Program-made: the position numbers and the translations under genes
Virus record (IMG/VR): IMGVR_UViG_3300033066_001573
Strand: one strand, 5' to 3'
DNA from: an uncultured virus (IMG/VR IMGVR_UViG_3300033066_001573)
Taxonomy: Duplodnaviria; Heunggongvirae; Uroviricota; Caudoviricetes
Length of the DNA stretch: 64,000 bases
In this document: positions 39,917-48,212 of the stretch, piece after piece
How the letters are laid out: each line of letters begins with the position of its first letter
Numbering within the stretch: position 1 is the stretch's first letter
The notes under the pieces: generated by a model
What the model was told of the DNA's origin: nothing
The model's database searches: none
The model's input: the letters and a program-made list of their open reading frames with translations, nothing else

Positions 39917-40924
39917 TTAACTGATTTTTTTAGTAGTTAATTTTTCATTGTTCACTTTTTTTGAAATTATATCCAAAGTTTCTTTATTTTCATTTTTCGA
40001 AGTTTGTTTTTTACCAATTTTTCTTTTATATACTAAAACATTTGCTTTGTTACTTAGTTTTTTTATTTGCTTGAAAACATCATTATTTTTCATCTCTAAT
40101 TCAAACGCATCTAAATTATCAATAAAATTCTCAGCCTCTTTTATTAATGCATTAATATAGTCTTCTAATTCAACATATAAGTTAACCATATTTCTATACA
40201 AATCACTTGGAATATCATTTAAACCAATAAGAAGAGTATGAATTTTTTCATTAAAAAACATCTTAGAACTTGAACTACAATAACTATTAATTGCATTTTC
40301 CTCTTCATCTGCTTTATAAGAATTTCTTAATCGATTAGCTTCATTTATTTTATTGATTAAAATTTCAGAAAATGGATGCTTTATATCTTCAATCATTTTT
40401 ATCAAACCACTTTCTCCAAAATAAGCTTCAGCACCTCGTTTGTTTTCATAAAAAGGAAAAAATGTAAATACAACTTCTGTTTTAGGAGGAAGGGTGAAAT
40501 TTAAAGCTACTGAACCATCTAAATAAAGTTTATAATTAACATCAGCAATGTATTTTTGACTTTGTTTTGGGTCAATATAACTATTTATTAATAAAGGCAT
40601 AGTCAATGATTGACCATTAATATCTTGACAATGAATAGATAGAACTAAGTCTTTTAAATTATCTTTTGATTTTTTAGCATCAAACTTATCTTTTGAATTT
40701 TTTGTTTGAAGATGAAGACGCATCTTATCTATTCCATACGAAGAATGTAATAAAGTTTTTTGTACATGTGGGTATGTAATATTTTGAAAACAACTTTGAA
40801 TATCTTTATTTTCAAAATCATTAAATTCTGAACCAAATAAACTTATTTGTTTTGGCTGAATAGTTTCATTTTTAGCGATTAATTGCAATGGACATGAGCT
40901 GTGAAAGTACCTTTTTTTTCTCAT
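39917..40924 (-). CDS. Capsid-domain paralog fused to a helical C-terminal region
   Basis: PLQLIAKN....ISLFG...DINGQSLTMPLLINSY...LDGS...FTFFP. Confidence 0.7.
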   Translation of the reverse strand: MRKKRYFHSSCPLQLIAKNETIQPKQISLFGSEFNDFENKDIQSCFQNITYPHVQKTLLHSSYGIDKMRLHLQTKNSKDKFDAKKSKDNLKDLVLSIHCQDINGQSLTMPLLINSYIDPKQSQKYIADVNYKLYLDGSVALNFTLPPKTEVVFTFFPFYENKRGAEAYFGESGLIKMIEDIKHPFSEILINKINEANRLRNSYKADEEENAINSYCSSSSKMFFNEKIHTLLIGLNDIPSDLYRNMVNLYVELEDYINALIKEAENFIDNLDAFELEMKNNDVFKQIKKLSNKANVLVYKRKIGKKQTSKNENKETLDIISKKVNNEKLTTKKIS

Positions 40925-40945
40925 TTTATTTTTTTTTGCTGTTAA

Positions 40946-41728
40946 CTATTTTCTGAAAGGACATGAATTATACAATAAATCAAGGTCTTCAGTAATTATT
41001 GTTTTTTCAATATCCATATTATTTGCTATATGCTTTATATCTTCGATATTAAACTCATTTCTTAAATCTAAGAACGAAGGCTCTTTAATATTTGTTGTAG
41101 AAAAATAATCATGGTACTTAAAATCATCTCCACCTATTTTATCTGTAAATTTTACCCACTGACAAGGAACTCCATAAGCATGAGATGTGATTATACCATG
41201 TAAACTACTTGAGATAGTTTTATCACATTCATTTATTTGGTCAACAACAGACTCAATATCATCACAAACATTAATCATTTTTATTCCTAATTTTTGTAAG
41301 TCCCTATCAGAAATTCTTAGGACATCAAAAACTCTTTTTAAATCAACATAGTGAGGTATTATTCCGAGCTTATATTTTTTTTCTTTATTAGGAGAATAAA
41401 ATCTAGGCATGAGCAGTGCAGGGTCTCCATAAACTTCATCAAATTCAATACCTTGCTTCTTACAAAGTTCTCCTGTTAACCTTCCTCTTACTGCATATAT
41501 TTTAATTTTATCAGGTATAATATCGGTTGAAAAAGCCACTCCGCATCCCCAAACATAAGCATTAGGAACATCATTATTAAGTATAGAGCCTGTTATCATA
41601 TACTTTGGATTAGGGTCGTTAACATCAAGTAAAACAGGTTGATGTCCGCTTATTTTAGCAGTAATATAATGACTCATTGCATCACCAAAGTTATTCGAAA
41701 GATAATAATATACAGGAATATAACTCAT
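40946..41728 (-). CDS. Polysaccharide pyruvyl transferase family protein
   Basis: NNFGD, GSIL, AVRGRLT, GDPALL, LGIIPHY, ISSSLHGII.SHAYGVP. Confidence 0.88.
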   Translation of the reverse strand: MSYIPVYYYLSNNFGDAMSHYITAKISGHQPVLLDVNDPNPKYMITGSILNNDVPNAYVWGCGVAFSTDIIPDKIKIYAVRGRLTGELCKKQGIEFDEVYGDPALLMPRFYSPNKEKKYKLGIIPHYVDLKRVFDVLRISDRDLQKLGIKMINVCDDIESVVDQINECDKTISSSLHGIITSHAYGVPCQWVKFTDKIGGDDFKYHDYFSTTNIKEPSFLDLRNEFNIEDIKHIANNMDIEKTIITEDLDLLYNSCPFRK

Positions 41729-41730
41729 TT

Positions 41731-42477
41731 TTAAAGACTTATTTCTGATTTTTTAATCATTGAAGTTAACAATATTTTATCAATAGTACCATCGTATTTC
41801 ATAAAATCTAATTTAACACCATAGCCTTTTTCATAATCAATAGTAACATAATTCATGGAAACTAATCTAGTTAAATGAGACCAAACTTCTTCTTGATTAA
41901 CATCTTTAATCATTTTAAAAATTTCTTCGGCTTTAACGAAATCCTTACCTTGTTGCAGTTGACATGAAATAATAGAAAATAAAACTTTTATAAAACTCTT
42001 ATTTGTATGCTTATCAAAATCATCTAATAAAAAACCATGTAACTCTATAGTAAATTCTGTTTTCTTATCCACAAATAACTTAAACATAGTATTACCATCT
42101 ACTTTTATGTTTACGTAAATATCAATGTAATATAATTTAGTACCTTTCTCTTTTATTATATCACAACTATATGTTGTCATTTTTCTTGTCTCATCAACAA
42201 TTCCATTAGTTGTATTGTGTTGAATTGTTCTATGTAATTGTTTTTTGTTTTTGCTTTTTATTCTTATTAAATTAACTTGAGATGGAACATGAGCAGATTG
42301 CTGTAATACTTGAAGATAGCTTGCATTTACTAATGTAGGCACTACCTTAATATTAACATCAGAACCAAAGTTTACAGAAAGTAAGTTACTATTACTTCCA
42401 AACAATGTACATTCTTTAACTGAATCAGTTGGGTTACTAACAGTTAATGAATAAAGTTTATTGCCTAAATTTTTCAT
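41731..42477 (-). CDS. Capsid-domain paralog with possible C-terminal winged-helix
   Basis: TLFGSNSNLLSVNFGSD...SYLQVLQQSA...KVDGNT; C-term AEEIF....NQEEVWSHLTRLVSMNYV. Confidence 0.7.
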   Translation of the reverse strand: MKNLGNKLYSLTVSNPTDSVKECTLFGSNSNLLSVNFGSDVNIKVVPTLVNASYLQVLQQSAHVPSQVNLIRIKSKNKKQLHRTIQHNTTNGIVDETRKMTTYSCDIIKEKGTKLYYIDIYVNIKVDGNTMFKLFVDKKTEFTIELHGFLLDDFDKHTNKSFIKVLFSIISCQLQQGKDFVKAEEIFKMIKDVNQEEVWSHLTRLVSMNYVTIDYEKGYGVKLDFMKYDGTIDKILLTSMIKKSEISL

Positions 42478-42488
42478 TTTTTTTAATT

Positions 42489-43016
42489 TTAAAGTTTTTT
42501 TATTTTTGGATAAAATCTAATTTCTAATTCAGTATTTGGCAATACTTTAATCGTAAAATTAACAGAATGATTAACAATTATTTTATAAGGTATTTCAAGC
42601 CAGCCATTCTCATCTATATCTTTTAAATAACTTTCAATAATTAAAGGGATAGTACAAGATTGACCACTAGCATCTTTACTTTCAATATTAAGAACATTTT
42701 TTAATTGTTCAATATCTGAAGCTTTTATGCATATTAACTCTGTTTCAAAAGGTTCAAATGCGGATTGACAAAGCAGCTCCGTATAGCTAACATTATTACA
42801 TATCGTAGTTACATCTATACCATCATCTGAACCATAGTTTTTTCTGTGTATGTTTTTACTAAATCCAAAAATAGATGAATACAAAGCTTTATCTGTTTTA
42901 TTTGATATGGTAACCCCATAAGGAGATGGTCTTCTTTTCAAATTAACATCCTTAAAATAAGCTTCTGCACTTTCATCATATGAAAACCCTTCTTTATTTT
43001 CTGTATTATCTTCCAT
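42489..43016 (-). CDS. Close paralog of the putative capsid protein
   Basis: RRPSPY, NYGS, NVSY.ELL.QS..PFET.LI, DASGQSCTIPLI. Confidence 0.8.
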   Translation of the reverse strand: MEDNTENKEGFSYDESAEAYFKDVNLKRRPSPYGVTISNKTDKALYSSIFGFSKNIHRKNYGSDDGIDVTTICNNVSYTELLCQSAFEPFETELICIKASDIEQLKNVLNIESKDASGQSCTIPLIIESYLKDIDENGWLEIPYKIIVNHSVNFTIKVLPNTELEIRFYPKIKKL

Positions 43017-43027
43017 GTTTTCTTTTT

Positions 43028-43756
43028 TTAAATTTTAAAATGTAAATAAAAATTCTTTAATTTTCTTTCGTTGTATGTATTTCCATCAACTTGGTAAAAA
43101 CTTTCTGTTTGAATAAGTTGCGCATCTCTATGAAGACCTTTTACGTTAGCAGGATGATTGTGTCTGTATATTGGTGTTGGGAAATAAGCAATTTTATTAA
43201 GTATTCTTGCTACTTCTGTGTATTCATTATCACACCAAAGAGATATGTAAGAAGGATGATATATATAGTTAAAACGCTCATAGTATTTTCTACCCATGAT
43301 TGACATTGTAACAACTTTGTCTCCTGTAAATCCATCATTAAAATGTAAGTTACCATCTAAGTTTGGATAGAACTCATTGAATTTATTTCGGATGATTTCA
43401 TCGTATCCATCAACAATGAATTCCATATCATCACTGACGTTACAAATAATAGAATAGTCTTTAATTTTATCAATAGAACTAACTTTATTCATGTCTCTAT
43501 TGATAGCATCAATCTTTGATTTAGATTCACCAAAAATAGGAATAACAACTCCTGATTCAACGTATGGCTTTAATCTCTCCATTACTTGTGGATTGAACAT
43601 AGTTGTATCATTCATATCGGCAGAAACAAGGATAGCCATATTCTCCTTATCAGTTGCTCTGTTAATTATATTATCCAAGCAAGTAAAAAACTTTTCAGGT
43701 CTTGAACGTGTTGCGAATTTGTGTAATATAAAATGTTTTTTAATCTTCGTTTCCAT
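43028..43756 (-). CDS. GT-A glycosyltransferase (start corrected to METKIK)
   Basis: KFATRSRP, SKIDAINRD, NVSDDM, YIYHPSY.SLWCDNE, HNHP. Confidence 0.8.
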   Translation of the reverse strand: METKIKKHFILHKFATRSRPEKFFTCLDNIINRATDKENMAILVSADMNDTTMFNPQVMERLKPYVESGVVIPIFGESKSKIDAINRDMNKVSSIDKIKDYSIICNVSDDMEFIVDGYDEIIRNKFNEFYPNLDGNLHFNDGFTGDKVVTMSIMGRKYYERFNYIYHPSYISLWCDNEYTEVARILNKIAYFPTPIYRHNHPANVKGLHRDAQLIQTESFYQVDGNTYNERKLKNFYLHFKI

Positions 43757-43778
43757 AACGTTATTAAAATTATTAATT

Positions 43779-44993
43779 TTATTTATTAGATTTAAAATTA
43801 TTGGATAAAACATTAATTCTAACAGGGTTAAACGCTAACCCACTATCAGTTATCAGTTTTACAACTGAATCACCGAATACTTTTCGTGCAATGCCTATTG
43901 CTCCGTTTACATCTGCGTTTATTATTTTTTTTGTAGAACTCTGAAACAATCCTCTTTTCTTTCTTTTTCCTAAATAATTTTCTTGCTTTTTCATTTCTTC
44001 AAGAGATAAATGGTCGATTTTTGAAGTGTAACTTTCTTCATGTACAATTACTTTTATACCTACTAATTCAGCTTTGTATTTTATTTTATCAATCAGTTTA
44101 GCATGTGGAATACAAACGAATTTTTGGTTATTTACACTACCAATATTTATCGAATCTTTCCAACCTTTATTTTTACCAATTACTATTGTTCCGATTTTAT
44201 TTTCGATACAATAATCAACGATAAACCTACTTGATTTATGAATTGAATCTTCAATGAAATTATTTCTGTAAAGGGTAAGTTGTCCGATTCTATTGGAAGT
44301 ACCTTTGTTTCCAACATAAGACATAAGCTTAGCTTTAGTCTTATTAAACATTTGATTTACTGATTTTAAAACTTTACCATTTATAATGAAAGGTTTTTTA
44401 CCGACATTATTTATTGATGTAGCAAGGTTATTCAACCCTAAATCAAGTGCTAAGAAATTTTCTTCTTTTATTTCATTGTTTTTTTCTATTTTTTTATCGT
44501 AAATTACTTCAATCACAAAACAATTTGCCTGTGGAACTATTCTTACCTGAGCAACGTTATCCACATTTGTTTTTAATGGCTCTATTCCTGTTTGTTTTTG
44601 AAAATGAATGTATCCATCTTTTAATTTAACTTGTTGATTAGTAAAAACGCAAACGTAATACCCTTTATGGGCTAAATACTTTGGTATTCTTGGTCTTCCT
44701 GAGTATTTTGATGGGTTTTTATTGTAATCTTTTATTGACTTAAAATAAGATTTCCAACTTTTAAAAAGCAGTTTAATTGTTTGTTGACTAGTTTGAATCG
44801 GTAAGGCTCTGTAATCATATTGATTAAATTCTGCTAACAATTTTGAAAGTTCGTACTCTCCAAATTTCTCTAGTGTTCCAAAACAAACTTGTCTTTTATG
44901 GTAGTTACAAAAGTTGTACAAACGAGCAGTTTTAAAGCAAATATCTTGAATAGCCTTATTATTTTTCACGATATGTCGTTCGACTAATTGCAC
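43779..44993 (-). CDS. tnpB: TnpB RNA-guided endonuclease (IS605/IS1341-type, no tnpA)
   Basis: MQLVERH start, PRIPKY, RuvC-I ALDLGLNN, EESYTS, RuvC-III NADVNGA. Confidence 0.92.
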   Translation of the reverse strand: MQLVERHIVKNNKAIQDICFKTARLYNFCNYHKRQVCFGTLEKFGEYELSKLLAEFNQYDYRALPIQTSQQTIKLLFKSWKSYFKSIKDYNKNPSKYSGRPRIPKYLAHKGYYVCVFTNQQVKLKDGYIHFQKQTGIEPLKTNVDNVAQVRIVPQANCFVIEVIYDKKIEKNNEIKEENFLALDLGLNNLATSINNVGKKPFIINGKVLKSVNQMFNKTKAKLMSYVGNKGTSNRIGQLTLYRNNFIEDSIHKSSRFIVDYCIENKIGTIVIGKNKGWKDSINIGSVNNQKFVCIPHAKLIDKIKYKAELVGIKVIVHEESYTSKIDHLSLEEMKKQENYLGKRKKRGLFQSSTKKIINADVNGAIGIARKVFGDSVVKLITDSGLAFNPVRINVLSNNFKSNK

Positions 44994-45038
44994 TTTTTAT
45001 TGCCTAAATTTAATTATTTTAAACTATTTATACTGTTT

Positions 45039-45203
45039 TTATTTACTATATATTAAAATATTTCTACTTTCTGCTTCCTTATTAAAATAAATATATTCAG
45101 GAATAAATTTTAAAATATTATACGTTTTTCCTATGCCCCTATCTCCAATTATTAAAAACACAGAACCATCTTCTGAAATATTTTTTTTTAATATATTATT
45201 CAT
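45039..45203 (-). pseudogene. Truncated P-loop ATPase paralog, 54 aa (not in ORF track)
   Basis: MNNILKKNISEDGSVFLIIGDRGIGKTYNILKFIPEYIYFNKEAESRNILIYSK*; aligns to the N-terminus of 45196..46032. Confidence 0.65.
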
Positions 45204-46032
45204 CGTTTCCGTAATATGCTTCTGTTAATTCTTTTATTCCAAATGCAACACCTTTATTGTAGGCATCTTTACCTTTTCCAAATCTTTGTTGATATTTTGT
45301 AATCTCTCTTGGATGGCTCATCAAATAATTATAAGAAGCGACCATAAAAGCTCTTTTACTGAATTTACCTGATATTTTACTCATCTCATTATCAACATAA
45401 CAGAAAAATCTTCTATCTGATTTACATTGAATATTAACTAAAGTCTCAGCAATAAAGTACATTTCAGGAATTGGTAATCTGTTTTTATAACGAGTTACAC
45501 TATCATTTTGTTTATGAAAACGAACGAATGCGCAATTTTGCCACATACGAGTAGTAACGGGAGATAGAGATTGTAAGTGAATATAAATATCCAAATCTCT
45601 ATGGCGATTTGTTGTCATAATACTAATAACATCAGCGGTTTTAGTATCAATAAGGTAGTTATTAATATCCTCCATTACAAGAAGACCACTTCTGAAATAT
45701 TTTAGAATTTTATTAAGTATTTCAATTTTCCCATCAATACCTAATGGTTGTCCATTTTTATCTCTAGCTAATATTCTTCTTACTTCAGGATTTTTTTGCT
45801 GAGCAAACTTAGCTATATCTTCAACTGCAAGAAGTTTAGTTTGAAATTCATGACCATTCTTTTTTAATTCAGTATTATCATACTCTTCATTAACATCGAA
45901 TATCAAAACCTTTCTACCTTCTTTGCCTGTTTGAGCATTAGCACGGATATATCTACCAATAACCTTACAAGTAGTATAGGTTTTACCAACTCCTTTTCCT
46001 CCTGTTGCAATTATAAGTTTTGGTTCACGCAC
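45196..46032 (-). CDS. A32/FtsK-HerA-like genome packaging ATPase
   Basis: Walker A GGKGVGKT at the N-terminus, VLIFD, Walker B LLVMED, then NRH (Arg finger) and IHLQS; single 278 aa domain. Confidence 0.75.
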   Translation of the reverse strand: MREPKLIIATGGKGVGKTYTTCKVIGRYIRANAQTGKEGRKVLIFDVNEEYDNTELKKNGHEFQTKLLAVEDIAKFAQQKNPEVRRILARDKNGQPLGIDGKIEILNKILKYFRSGLLVMEDINNYLIDTKTADVISIMTTNRHRDLDIYIHLQSLSPVTTRMWQNCAFVRFHKQNDSVTRYKNRLPIPEMYFIAETLVNIQCKSDRRFFCYVDNEMSKISGKFSKRAFMVASYNYLMSHPREITKYQQRFGKGKDAYNKGVAFGIKELTEAYYGNDE

Positions 46033-46044
46033 TTTAATATAAAT

Positions 46045-46191
46045 TTATTTGTTTATTTCTAAATATTTTTTCTTTTCTTCTTCCTTAGCTAATCTTAAAG
46101 AATCATCTTTTCTAATTAAATGTTCAACAAAATGAAAGGTTGTTACCATACCATTCCAAACAATAATGTCTGTGCTATAATAATCTTCCAA
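46045..46191 (-). CDS. 48-aa hypothetical protein (TTG start; not in ORF track)
   Basis: MEDYYSTDIIVWNGMVTTFHFVEHLIRKDDSLRLAKEEEKKKYLEINK*; fills the gap between flanking genes. Confidence 0.5.
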   Translation of the reverse strand: MEDYYSTDIIVWNGMVTTFHFVEHLIRKDDSLRLAKEEEKKKYLEINK

Positions 46192-46192
46192 A

Positions 46193-47578
46193 TTATTTAT
46201 TATTATCATCTCCTTCGTTTAAAAAATCTTCTAAACTAACTTTATCTCCAACTACTGTTTCTTTATCTTCAGGAATATCTGAACTGATATTAGGAGTAGT
46301 TGAATTTTTAGCTGTAGTTCTCACATCTTCTTGTTCAGGAATGTCACTTTTTATATTAGAGTTTGGATTCTTAGTCTCTTCCCTAACAGGCTCTTGATTA
46401 CTAGTAGGTTCTTGAGTTACCGCAGCAGAAGCTTGTGTTCTAATTGCTTTATTCTCTTCATGGAATTTTTTAAATGATTCCATAGCGTTACTATTCTGTT
46501 GCATAAATTGAATAGCAGTTATACCCATTTGAACGATTTGACCACCAACTACCATTACTAATCTTTGAGTTGGAGTAAGAGCAAAATTATTTTCAAGTAA
46601 CACATCAATAAGAGGGTCTTTAATTTCCTCTTGCATTTCTTTAGTTACAACAAATGTTGATTCAGCTTGTTCATTTACACCCTCACAATAATCACGAACC
46701 TTAGTTCCATCTTCCATGATAATCATGTTCATATCAAGTTCATCATTCATATGTCTCTGTTCAAGCTTTCTGATGTTGAATGAAGATATTTTTTTGAAAG
46801 GAATAGGAACTAAATTAGCATAAGTTGTAATCAAGGCATCCGCAGTTTTCTCAGCAGCTTTTCTTTTTTGAGAAGCTGAAAGGTCATCTAACTTTGGATT
46901 TACAGGAGGTGCTTTTGGAGTTGTTGTTTTAGTAGAAGTTGAAGATACTTCTCCACCTTCTATTTCTACTTGTGGATTAACAACATTTATTACAGGCTCA
47001 GAAATAATAGGTTCTATTGGAGGAATATCATTTCCACCTAATCCATTTGAACCTTCTGATGTTTGTTGAGATTCATCTTTCTTAGCTCCTAAATTACCAT
47101 CAGTATACGAACGCTTAATAACTTTTCCTTTTAATGGGTCGAAATCATCATCAGGCATTTGAACATCTTCAGAAGAACTAGTATTAGTTATTTCTTCTAA
47201 TTCTGAAACTATTTCATCAGGAATATCCATTTCTTCCAACACATCAGTTGGAATGTCATTTTCTGCATCATCAATATTTTCTACTGATTGATTACCAAAA
47301 TTTTCTTCACTAGAATTTACATTAGAAGAGTTTTTGTCTTCTGATGAAAAATCACTTGCGTTTTGATTATTTACATTAGGCTCAGGAATGTCATTTTCAG
47401 ACTGCTGATTAGCCGCTTGCTGCTCTGCATTTTTTTTATTTTGCTCAGCAATGTCAGCAGCTCTCTTTTTAGCTCTTTCTTCTGCTTTTTTAGCAAGTTC
47501 AGCTTGCCTGTTATTAATTTCCTCTTGCTGTTTAGCTAATTCTTCCTCAGAAGAATTTTTATCTTTATTCTTCGCCAT
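46193..47578 (-). CDS. Acidic, largely disordered protein with a hydrophobic segment; possible packaging accessory
   Basis: 461 aa; LVMVVGGQIVQMGITAIQF; same operon as the ATPase. Confidence 0.6.
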   Translation of the reverse strand: MAKNKDKNSSEEELAKQQEEINNRQAELAKKAEERAKKRAADIAEQNKKNAEQQAANQQSENDIPEPNVNNQNASDFSSEDKNSSNVNSSEENFGNQSVENIDDAENDIPTDVLEEMDIPDEIVSELEEITNTSSSEDVQMPDDDFDPLKGKVIKRSYTDGNLGAKKDESQQTSEGSNGLGGNDIPPIEPIISEPVINVVNPQVEIEGGEVSSTSTKTTTPKAPPVNPKLDDLSASQKRKAAEKTADALITTYANLVPIPFKKISSFNIRKLEQRHMNDELDMNMIIMEDGTKVRDYCEGVNEQAESTFVVTKEMQEEIKDPLIDVLLENNFALTPTQRLVMVVGGQIVQMGITAIQFMQQNSNAMESFKKFHEENKAIRTQASAAVTQEPTSNQEPVREETKNPNSNIKSDIPEQEDVRTTAKNSTTPNISSDIPEDKETVVGDKVSLEDFLNEGDDNNK

Positions 47579-48062
47579 TTTCTAATTCTTGCTGTTTAAG
47601 TTCATTGATAAATATTTTCACCTTAGCATCTATTCTTTCATACTTAGCAAGAAATCTAGCGTCATCGGGAATACTTTTCTTCATCCCCTTAAACTCTGAC
47701 ATTGCACGGAAAGCTACTTGCCTAACTTTACCGAAGTAAGAGGCTACTTCAATATCTGATACCTGTGTATTATTTCTAATTACGATAATAGCCATTTTAC
47801 GAGCAACGGCAGCTTCGCCACGCTTGTTGGCTTCAAACAAATCATCTTTTGTAATCTTGTAATCCTGCCACTCCTGAAGGGTACATACTAAGATGTAATC
47901 TATTATCTCATCAATTTTCTCCTGTCTGAATCTATCTTCAGAATTCAAAGATTGGATATTTGAGATAAGGGTCTTTAACCCATATTTTTTAATGCCTTTT
48001 GCAACAACCCGAAAAAAATCTGAGAGCTGACCATTATCTTCTAACTTAAGATTATTCGTCAT
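47565..48062 (-). CDS. DNA-binding protein with DnaA domain IV/TrpR-like HTH
   Basis: ITKDDL...KRGEAAVARKMAIIVIR..T..SDIEVASYFG..RQVAFRA resembles the DnaA C-terminal domain. Confidence 0.6.
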   Translation of the reverse strand: MTNNLKLEDNGQLSDFFRVVAKGIKKYGLKTLISNIQSLNSEDRFRQEKIDEIIDYILVCTLQEWQDYKITKDDLFEANKRGEAAVARKMAIIVIRNNTQVSDIEVASYFGKVRQVAFRAMSEFKGMKKSIPDDARFLAKYERIDAKVKIFINELKQQELENGEE

Positions 48063-48092
48063 GTATTAATTTTAGATTTAATGATTGTAACA

Positions 48093-48100
48093 CAAATATA
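48093..48100 (-). promoter_or_regulatory. -7 promoter element of the HTH/ATPase operon
   Basis: TATATTTG on the minus strand, abutting a GTAACA box. Confidence 0.55.
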
Positions 48101-48163
48101 TGTTGTTAGTGTTAACGATATAAAAATAAAAACATAGTTTAATTAACACAGTTTTTAACAATG

Positions 48164-48194
48164 AAAAAAAAGGAGTAGATTTTTTCTACTCCTT
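48164..48194 (-). terminator. Rho-independent terminator
   Basis: AAGGAGTAGA-TTTTT-TCTACTCCTT stem plus U-run on the minus strand. Confidence 0.8.
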
Positions 48195-48212
48195 CAAATT
48201 AAAAAAAATAAA

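Noticed and set aside
29085..43756. Ordinary chromosomal capsule/LPS locus
   Set aside because: No wzx/wzy/ABC exporter or nucleotide-sugar genes, and it is interleaved with virus-type paralogs and an HNH endonuclease.
47565..48062. A true dnaA gene with an origin of replication
   Set aside because: No AAA+ domain, and no cluster of TTATCCACA boxes seen nearby; only the C-terminal HTH resembles DnaA.
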